Below, piece after piece: positions 48,085-57,054 of a stretch of DNA of 64,000 bases. A program made the translations under genes and the position numbers. The stretch's first letter is position 1. Every line of letters begins with the position of its first letter. Source of the stretch: Vitrella brassicaformis CCMP3155 (taxonomy: Eukaryota > Protista > Chromerida); assembly GCA_001179505.1 (NCBI GenBank), contig CDMY01000336.1, forward strand, positions 310,001-374,000, read 5' to 3'. A model generated the notes under the pieces. That model was not told the DNA's origin and did not search any database. It saw only the letters and a program-made list of their open reading frames with translations.

Positions 48085-50140
48085 CTACTTTTTCTTCTTG
48101 CCCTTCTTGCCCTTCTTCAGGCTCTTCTTGGCCTTGATATACGCCTCCCTCTCCTTGATGCCTGCATGAATGGAACATGGGCACACACACACCGGCACAA
48201 TCTCGTGGGGGCGATCCGCATGCATGTCTCCTTGCTGCTTCTCACCTCTGAAGTACGCCTGGATGAGTGACGCCGCGTCGTGCTTTTGCTGACTCTGTGC
48301 TCCCAGCATCTGCAGCGGGAGAAGGGGAAAGTTACACAGACAGACAGACATGCCTGGCAGGTCTATATGTACTCCTCACCGTGTCTCGCGCCTTTGCGAT
48401 TTCCTCCTCCTGCCTTATCCTCTCATTCTCAGCATCCACCTGCATCGCCCAACAGTTGTGCAGCGGACCTGGAGGTGTGCATCCATTCATACCTTCCTGA
48501 AGTGGTCTCTCAGCTCTTTCAGTCTCTTCCTCTCCTCTGTGAGCGACTCGTGTGTGTTGTCGAGCGTGGTCGTCTTGTCGGTCATGTCTCTGTCGTAGTC
48601 GGCGATGAGCCGCTCCACATCCTTCTCGGCGATTTTCTTCCGCTTCCGCAGTCCTTCCTCCTCCTCTTTAGACGTCTTCTTCAAATTCTGACAAGAATAT
48701 TTATCAGCGAGCCACATGGCATCATGTATAGGCGCGCTCTATGGATGACTGACCCACCAGGTTGGCTTGTTTGAGCTCCGCAATGGCCTTCTGCAGCTCC
48801 TCTTCCTACATCGATCGCATCAAGGAGCGAATGGGTCTGCCAGTCGGCTTAGGGAAAGCCCATAGGCCGTTGAAATTACCTTTCTTTTGTAGTTTTCCCT
48901 GTGTTCGGCTTCCCGTGTGTCGAACCTCTCCTGGTGCTGCCTCAGCTTGAGCTTGGTGGTGTCCTGCACATCCTGCAGGTCAGCCTTCAACTTCAATATG
49001 ATCTGCACACAACATGCCAAGCGAGAGGCCTTGCGTCCGCCAATGTCTCGCGGCAGGCACGGGGCCATCGCTTTACCTCACTTCTGCTGGATGCAGCCTT
49101 TTCCCTCTCCCGTCTGATATGCGCCAGCTCCTTCTCCAGCTGCGCCTTCCGCCGCGACGCCGCCTCTTCCTACACGGAGAGGGACACAAGCAATGGACGG
49201 CAGTGCATGCCAATGGACGGCAGTACATGTCAGCTGATCTGATCCCCCACTGTGCCCCCTGTGATGCCTCGCTTACCCTTTGAATGTAGTGCTCCAGGAG
49301 TTCCTGTTTCGATCGCTCCTCTTCCACTGTGGTGGTCAGACGCTTCAGCATCACCTCCTGCAGTTAACGCCACGACAGAACACAACACAACAAAGGCGCC
49401 CCATTTGACGGTTGCTGTGCGGCCGATGCATTCCATTCATGGGTCACCTGCATTTCTGCAATAGTGTAGATGAGCTTCATGGCGTTGATGGGCCGCTGCT
49501 CCTGGAAATTCTGCACAACCAACAACAAGCAGCAGCGGCTGTGAGGGCATCGATGTCGATGTGTGCTCTCTTTCTCTCCTTTGGCTCACTCTGTTGGCTC
49601 ACTCTGAGTTCCTGGACGACATTGGGTATGTCCCTCATCCTCCTGCACAGGTCCCTCGTGTTTCTCTGCAGCTTCTCCATTGTCTCACGCACATCCTCAT
49701 TGTCAAGGGCCAGCTGAAACACACCTGCCGAGCCAGACACACACGCACACACACACACACACACACAGAGCAGCAGCAGCATTCTGCGCAGGTATATGTG
49801 GATGTGTGTAAGAACGCACCTTCGGATGTAGTGTTGGCGGCCTGGTACAGCTCCTCTAGTCGAATCTGCTCAGCGAATCGCTTCATGATTTCAGGACCGA
49901 GCATCTGCACTGCAGACTCGCCTTCCTCCGACTGCAGGCCCTCGAGCACCTGGGGCGTGATGACCGACAGGTACGTCAGCTTCTCCTTGGTCTCATCCAT
50001 GATCCTGAGCAGGGAGCACCCAAAGAGCCAATCCATCCATTGGACGGGAGATGAGAAGAGAAGTGAATGGATGGATTCCAGGTATGGGATACTTACGCCA
50101 AGACGCGCTGCGCGTCCAAGTTAGTGGGCTTGGGAGGCAT
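48085..50140 (-). CDS. DRC10: Dynein regulatory complex protein 10 (DRC10/IQCD)-like coiled-coil IQ protein
   Basis: Starts MPPKPTNLDAQRVLAIMDETKEKL, followed by a long coiled coil with RKRKKIAEKDVERLIADYDRDMTDK...EERKRLKEL, an IQ motif (AASLIQAYFRGIKER) and a KKGKKGKKKK* tail. This matches the IQCD/DRC10 layout as I recall it. Confidence 0.8.
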
Positions 50141-50447
50141 CGCTGCGACTTGTGCGTCCAAGACGTCTACTTTTGGCCTGGGGGCGGGTTGGGCGATCTG
50201 CAAGCTTAGCGGCGTCTCGCCGTCAGAAGAGGACAGTATTGAGAGGAAGGGGTCACATCCACTGTTGACAAGATGCAGTCAAGTCATGCAGTGAGAACAG
50301 CTAGCTAGATGCAGTGAGAGAACAAACAAGTGTGCACAAATAAATACACGGCACGACACACCCATGCAATGCAATGGCCAACACAACATCATGATGGCCG
50401 CACACATGCGAGGAGTGCGTACAAACAAAGAAACACACACATCTCAC

Positions 50448-52655
50448 TCACTGCACACGCGGATGGAACTGCTTGAGCACTTCCTGGGCAGGGATGCTCT
50501 TGCCAGAGATCGCCGCGAATTTGTCCAAAAGGCATTTCTTCTGGTTCTCCAGCTCGTCGACCCGGGCCGACGCCCGCATGAGTGCCCTTGTAACCTCCTG
50601 TATCTGGCTGTCCCGCCCCATGAGCACCTGCTTCATGGCCTGCACTTCCTGCCGCGCATCCTGCACCTCCCTCTGCGCCTCGCTGATGGAGCCCTTGCCG
50701 TCCAGGTACGACGAGTGCATCGACTCGCGGGATGCAAACAGCCGGGTGATGAGCTGCTGCTTCTTCTTGAGCTCTTCTCGCAGATAGACGTTGGCTGACC
50801 GCTGACGAGACGACCAACACAAGGGGCACTCGGGGTGGTACGTACTGGCTTGAGCGGTGTAAGTTGTGTTGGGTGGTACCTCTTGCTTGAGTGCCTCGTT
50901 GAGCTCCGTGACACCCTCCTCCAGTTTGCCGCACTTTCTCTCGTTCTCCTGGTTGTTCTTGATTTGCTCACTGGACACACACACACACAGACATCAATGG
51001 GCATGCGCGTTTTCCAGCCCCCAAGCCATTCCGTTTCGCCCATGCCATGGGTATCTTACCGGTACATGTTGGAGAGGAGGGCCGAGTCTGCCTTGGTCTT
51101 CTCGAGTGTCTTTCTGGCCGTCTCGAGCTCTCGCTCAAGCTGGTCCTGGATGACGGCGCTGCCCCTGGCTGCTGCACTGCTGGCCAGGCTGATGGCAGTT
51201 GGGGCGGCCACGGGGTGGGCCACTGCCGACCGCTGCTCCTCCGCCTCATGCAGAGACCTCTTCAGTTCCTGATTCCTGCACACGAGCAAACAGACAGACA
51301 GACAGACAGGTGAGGTGAATGCGGGCAGCACAGCTTAGTGCGTGCCTGGTGCGCGTTTGTCATACTTGATTTCAAGCTGGTTGGCCTTGGTCTCCCACTC
51401 ACTCTTCTCGATCTGAAGTCTGGGGGAGGGGACGCAGTGCCACGGATGTACCCAGCCATGTGTGCTGTCTGCTGTGGACCAGCTCTCTCACTTTGAGATG
51501 AGTTCTGCCTGGCTCTTGGTCTTGGCAGTGAGGTTCTGGATCAGCTCGGTTGTCGGCGTGTACTTCACGCTCTGCAAACCGATTACAGAGCTACCAAGGT
51601 TGACTGTGCCATTCATAACCCACCGAACCATACCTACCTACCTTCAGCTGATTGATCTCGCCCTCCAGAGTGATGGTCTTCTTCCACATGGCGGTAAGCT
51701 CCCGCCGCAGGTCGCACTGCTGCATCTCCTGCTGTGCCGACTTGCCGTCGCGTGTCGGCGCCTCGATGATGACCATCTCGTTGCCAGCGGCATAGTTCCG
51801 CACCGCCCCGTCCAGCATGTCGATCTCCTTGGAGAGCTCAATCAACCGCACAGATGCCACCGGCGTGGCTGTGGGAGTGGCGAGGAGGGAGGGGTGGGTG
51901 TAGGGGCCGGGAGAGGGCACAATGGCTGGCAAGGGGGGCCGGTCGGGGATGACCCCGCTCTTGGCCTGCACGGCAAACGGACAGCCGGAGATGAGATGGC
52001 CCGTGGGCGTTTGGGGCTGTGATTGGGTCTCACTTGGAAGTCAATGATAAGGTTGTAGACTTCGGCGATGCCTGAGATGAAGACACGGACATAGACGCAC
52101 CGACAGACAACCCACAATCCATTCCAGATGCCGTGCAGTCACTCACTTGGTGTGCGCCTTACTGACCCCCTGCCGAGTACTTGCGCCTGATGCCGATATC
52201 CATCATGCAGACGGCACACCGATAGAGAATGGCATAGAGGAACTGATAGAGCACCGCCTCCCTCAGGTTGAGGAGGGTCAGGAGGGGCTCCAGCAGCTGA
52301 CCGGCCGCCTCCTCGCCCGAGGCCCCGCTCCGCCCTGCCAGGAACGAGTAGTTGATGGTGTACCCACTGACCCGCTTCACTGTCTGCTCGAGCGTGTGCA
52401 ATGGCGGGTTCCGGGTCGAAGAGTTGAACACCAGCTCATCGTCCACAATGGAACCGAGCCCCTGACCAGAGCAGGCACACGAAATTCATTCATCAGAGTC
52501 AGTCAGTCAGTGTGCAATGCAATGCGTGTCACGAGCGAGGCCCGTCAGTCAGTCACGTCGGTCACTTGTAGGAGTTGCAGAAGGTCGTTTTTGAGCGTCT
52601 CAATGATGTGAATGAAGTGGTCGCGGAAGCCAGGAGTGCGCTTGGTCCTCTCCAT
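50448..52655 (-). CDS. Multi-exon coiled-coil protein of unknown function (start may lie further upstream, to ~52850)
   Basis: Phase-consistent exons: MERTKRTPGFRDHFIHIIETLKNDLLQLLQ|GLGSIVDDELVFN..., DLRRELTAMWKKTITLEGEINQLK, QDQLERELETARKTLEK, SEAQREVQDARQEVQAMKQ...FHPRVQ*. Confidence 0.6.
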
Positions 52656-52996
52656 CGCTGCACCTGCACTGCTGACACTGCAGTCAGTACTGTAACACAC
52701 ACAAGAGGACGATGGCTGAGCCAGTCCTTCTCGTCATTCATAAAACGTGCTCACGGACTGTACCAGCAGGCTTTCTCTCCTTCACAAGGCTCCTTTCTTT
52801 TTCACCTTGAGCTTCCGACTTCAGGCGATAAGCTCGCAGGTGATGTTGGATTTTTTTCATCGTTGACAGCTCCATCGACGGCACAAGCCGCTGCCTCGAA
52901 AGCGTTTGCCGTCTGTCTATTCACATTAGTCATCATGAGACCCCGTTCGTTCGTATCCACACGTACGTACACATGAATGAACGTGTGACGACTCAC

Positions 52997-53200
52997 GTGA
53001 GTCGCCATAACGTACTTACGCTCAGCTCATGCATCCATCCCATCAGTCAGTCAGTCAGTCAGCATGCTTTGCCTTGCCTTGCCTTGCTCGTCGGCATTGC
53101 ATCTATCCACACATGCAAATGAATGAATGAATCCTGCCTGGTCGCCACGAGTCGTTCGTGAGTGAGTGAGTCGCCATAACGCTCATGCATCCATCAGTTA
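52997..53200 (+). repeat. Degenerate direct repeat pair in the intergenic low-complexity region
   Basis: gtgagtcgccataacg...ctcatgcatccatc...agt occurs at 52997-53060 and 53166-53198. The first copy carries extra 4-5-nt tandem units. Confidence 0.7.
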
Positions 53201-53349
53201 CACACGTGGCCGTATGTCGGGATACTGAGACACACACGCACACACACAGCCCTCCCTTCCCTCCCCTATCCTCTTCCCATCATAGTCGTCATGACGAGCA
53301 AGTCCCTCGCTGATCGATTGCTGGCGGCTTGCCTTGCCTGTTTGGGTGT

Positions 53350-54010
53350 GGTGTGCCATCCATGTATGGCGGCGACGCTCTCGATCGATGAGCATTGATG
53401 CCGATGGTCTTTCATGCGAGAGGGGAAATCGTGGGGGCTGAACGAACAGAATGTCAGGCAGGCACCAGACCCGACTCCTGCACACCCCCAACATACACAC
53501 ACATGGAAGGAAGACACACACATCCATCGATATGCCCACCACCGTGCCTGTCCCTCCCCCTCTGTCCATGCACTCACTCACGGTGAGTGAATGGCATGTC
53601 TTCGTGTGTGTGGCTCGGCTGAGGATGGATGCCATTCTTCCCATGGCGCGACGAGAACTTGTCGCCGACAATGGGATTACGTTTGCACCTCAGCTTGAGC
53701 AGCACCCTTCTTGCCGACCTGTGAGATCTGCTTACGGTATGCGGCCACGTCAGGTTGGCTGATGCGGTTGGTTGATGCGCTCCACGAAGGCGTCCTCCTC
53801 GTCGTTGTAGTAGGACGTCTTGGCCACACGATGGAGTCGCTGAGTGCTCAATCCTGCACCATGTCAGAGAGAGAGAGAGAGAGAGAGAGGGACGAATGGT
53901 TGGTGTCTGTGTCGATGTGCGTATGTGTGGTCTTTCTTGTTGACGTGCCGGCAGAGGGGTGAGCCTTCGGTGACTTTGGAGCCGATGAAGGGCAGCCCGT
54001 CCTTGTCTAG
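53350..54010 (-). pseudogene. RPA2: Disrupted fragment of the RNA polymerase I second-largest subunit (RPA2/RPA135/POLR1B), three exon remnants
   Basis: Minus strand gives [91 protein letters not shown] once 4-nt insertions are removed. GDKFSSRHG is the conserved two-barrel polymerase motif. The LDxDGLPxIGxxVxxGxPxC...Y...E.A.V/I context matches Rpa135 as I recall it. Confidence 0.85.
53866..53889 (+). repeat. (GA)n microsatellite, one example of the abundant intronic/intergenic SSRs
   Basis: Directly visible. Similar (CA)n, (GTCT)n, (CCAT)n, (CCCT)n and (CACAG)n tracts occur in most introns. Confidence 0.95.
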
Positions 54011-54893
54011 AGAGGTGACGGCCATCGTGTGTGTGCTACCGACCGACCAGAAAATCGTTGCGATCTGTGCGATTTTCTCAATCGATGCACCGGGGATGGC
54101 CTGCACAGCACAGCACAGCACAGCACAGCACACACACGAATGCGCACATCTCTCCCTCCTTCCCTGCTTGTGAGTGAGTGAGTGCATGTGGTGTGGACCC
54201 GCCGTGTCGCCTCGCCGAGCTCACCTCCCTGAGTTGCAGTGCGAGCATGCTCTTGAGGCGCCTGGTGGCGGCCGTGGGTGTGGATGTGACCTGCACGTGC
54301 CGCATTCGTCGCACACGGGGCTGCTTCGCCTCCCATTCCTCCATCCTGCAGGCAGGCAAGCGCCGCCCGCAACCAACACACACGCTCACGTGTATGTATG
54401 TTGGTTGCAATGCATGTGAGTGCGTTGCTGACTCGACGAGGTCCATTGTTTGCCACGTTGGAAGCTTCACGGGAAGAGTCTGACATGAGAGACGGACAGA
54501 CAGAAGGAGGAGGAGCGTACACGCACCTCTCCATTCAGTTACGATAAGACAGACAGGCCAGGTGCGGTGCGCACCGTTTTGATTTCCTGCAGGCCGGTCT
54601 CCCGGGGAAACACGTCACACTGCACACGCAACACAACACAACACACCAAGACGGCAGGCACCAAACATCAACATCCTTTGGAGGGACATCACATCCTTTG
54701 GTCTGTGTGTTCGTGCGTGTTGGTGGGTGTGCTATCTTCCCACCCTATCGGTCACTGTCGTCTGCGGTCGCCATCCATGTGGACAAGTAAGTAGTGAGTG
54801 ACACACATAGACAAACAGACAGACAGACAACCGGCTGACTGATGCATGCGTTAAAAGCCGAATGTGTGTGTGTGTGTGTGTGTGTGGGCTTGC

Positions 54894-55281
54894 TTACGGT
54901 CTGTATTGGAGGTGGTGCTGGATGAGCCGATTTGCCACCTTGGCGGTGGTGGGTGGTCGAGTCGGACTGGGGGCCATCCCTAGCTCCCATACCTTGAAAA
55001 TCTCGTACTCCTCCAGCCGCTCCTCATAGGACAGGAGGGGAGGGGGAGGCGCGTCTCGGCATGTCAGCCTGCGGTTGGGAGCGGGCGGCGCGTTGGGGTC
55101 TCTCTGGAGGATCGTGACCCCGCCGTACACCGGCTTGGCACCGCCGCCCCCTGGGTTGCCGACTGGTGGACTCGCCGCCGCACAGCTCCCCTTCGGCACC
55201 CACTTCTGCCGCCCCTTGGTCCCAGCCTGAGAGGGTGCCGCAGCGTCGCCTTGCTCTTTGCGCACCTCCTTGGCTACAGCG
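54894..55281 (-). CDS. C-terminal part of a small low-complexity protein with a SUZ-like segment; 5' end lost in the gap
   Basis: The open frame AKEVRKEQGDAAAP...GVTILQRDPNAPPAPNRR...LLSYEERLEEYEIFKVWELG...TAKVANRLIQHHLQYRP* resembles the SUZ pattern ILxR...SxEERExEY only weakly. Confidence 0.4.
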
Positions 55282-55581
55282 NNNNNNNNNNNNNNNNNNN
55301 NNNNNNNNNNNNNNNNNNNNNNNNNNNNNNNNNNNNNNNNNNNNNNNNNNNNNNNNNNNNNNNNNNNNNNNNNNNNNNNNNNNNNNNNNNNNNNNNNNNN
55401 NNNNNNNNNNNNNNNNNNNNNNNNNNNNNNNNNNNNNNNNNNNNNNNNNNNNNNNNNNNNNNNNNNNNNNNNNNNNNNNNNNNNNNNNNNNNNNNNNNNN
55501 NNNNNNNNNNNNNNNNNNNNNNNNNNNNNNNNNNNNNNNNNNNNNNNNNNNNNNNNNNNNNNNNNNNNNNNNNNNNNNNNN
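55282..55581. other. Assembly gap (300 N)
   Basis: Run of exactly 300 N. Confidence 0.99.
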
Positions 55582-55774
55582 TCTGTTGAAGGAGGCACAT
55601 TGATTGATTTATATATCCACGGTTGTGGGACGAAGGAGGATGCCAACCATGCCATGCATTCACTCACTCAGTCACTCACTCACTACTGTTGTCTGTCTGT
55701 CTGTCTGTTGCCTGTCTTTCTTTCTGGGTGCCTGCCTGGATTTATTTGGTCGATTTACTGATTGCTCTGTGCAG

Positions 55775-56394
55775 TGGGTGCCCCGCCTCCTCCCTTGTCG
55801 TCCATACCCCCTCCTCCCCCCGTCAAGAGCGACTGTGTGGGCGAATGGCAGCTGGATCAGCCATGCACGATCCTGCCGGACGATTCGGGGCGGCTGCGAT
55901 GCGTCAAAGTGATGATGTACCTTCACAAGCGCTCCAAGGTTGGAGGGGGCCAACCATGTGAGAGGGAACATGGCGCGAGGGAAACCAGGGAGTGCGAGGA
56001 GACCGAGTGCGGCAGAAAAGAGGCCAAACTGCCGCTGCCCCCTCCCGCCGCTCATCCGCCGCCACCACTTCCTGAGACAACAGGGCCGGTTGTTGTTTCT
56101 CCCCCAGAAGAGCCATGTGAGATGGAGGAGTGCAACGAAGGTGAATCACGGAGACGGGTGATCCGTATTTTCGACGCATCATCGTCATTAATGGAGAGGA
56201 CGGCCGGGGATGACTCTCCCAGCATTGCGATTCAAGAAATGGATGTGGCGTATGATCCTCTCTCTGGTGCAGCAACTGTGTCGTACAGCGATGAGTTAGC
56301 TACGAATGTGATGCCCTCGAGCGAGGAGATCTTAGGGTCTTATGCGATTGTTGTTGGACGGGAGTTGAGGGGCTTCCGTGTGAACGTCTTCTGA
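55775..56394 (+). CDS. Terminal exon of a protein with a thrombospondin type-1 (TSR)-like Cys motif flanked by polyproline; upstream exons not visible
   Basis: After a tgtgcag acceptor: PPPPVKSDCVGEWQLDQPC...RCVKV...GGGQPCERE...ETRECEETEC, a spacing similar to the spondin-type TSR (DCxVxEW...C...GGxPC...ExRxC...C). Ends FRVNVF*. Confidence 0.45.
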
Positions 56395-57054
56395 TCAGAT
56401 GGGGTTTAGTCCATGAAATAGTAAGTGTTTGGCTACAAGACATCTTCCTTCCGATGCATGACGGACGTGAGGTGAGCTGGTGGTGGATGGATGGATGGAT
56501 CGACCACACAGATGGAGGAAACCGATCGGTTGACAGACAAAATCGCAGCAGAGTCCCATGCACGCACACATGTAAGCAGTCGCTTCCAGCGCATACAAAC
56601 ATACAGAGGCACATGATACAGAGTCATACATCAATGTCATGTGCCTGGATGACAATCCCATTGGCCACGTGGCCTTCAGGTGGTCGACACGAACCACCTG
56701 ACAGCTGCGTAGCCAATAGCATCGGAACCCACACACCTGGCGCCGCACAGCAGCAACACACCATCCAAGACAGGTCTTCACAACACCGCGCCACCCACAA
56801 TTCAGAGCATTTCAACATGTGGACAATTGGATGCCACTGAGCAAGTAAGTCAAGGCACACGCACTCTCAAACACACACATACGGAGGGGGGGGCTGTCTT
56901 CCGTGCCTGTCGCATCACATCCATCCAAAGTATGTTGGACGGCCTCCCAACCGATTAGATTACTCACATAAGCACACATCGTGTGTATGAGACACGCCTC
57001 TGTCGGCATGTTGGTCGGTCTGTCTGTCTGTCTATCTGTGTGCACATATATTGA

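Noticed and set aside
52575-52976. Plus-strand ORF MQKVVFERLNDVNEV (133 aa)
   Set aside because: It is antisense to the first exon(s) of the minus-strand coiled-coil gene, whose splice phases are consistent; no independent support.
53350-54010. Possibility that the polymerase fragment is viral/NCLDV or RPB2/RPC2
   Set aside because: It retains host-style spliceosomal introns, and the LDxDGLPxIG...GxPxC and E.A.V context fits RPA2 best. Subunit identity still needs a BLAST or phylogeny.
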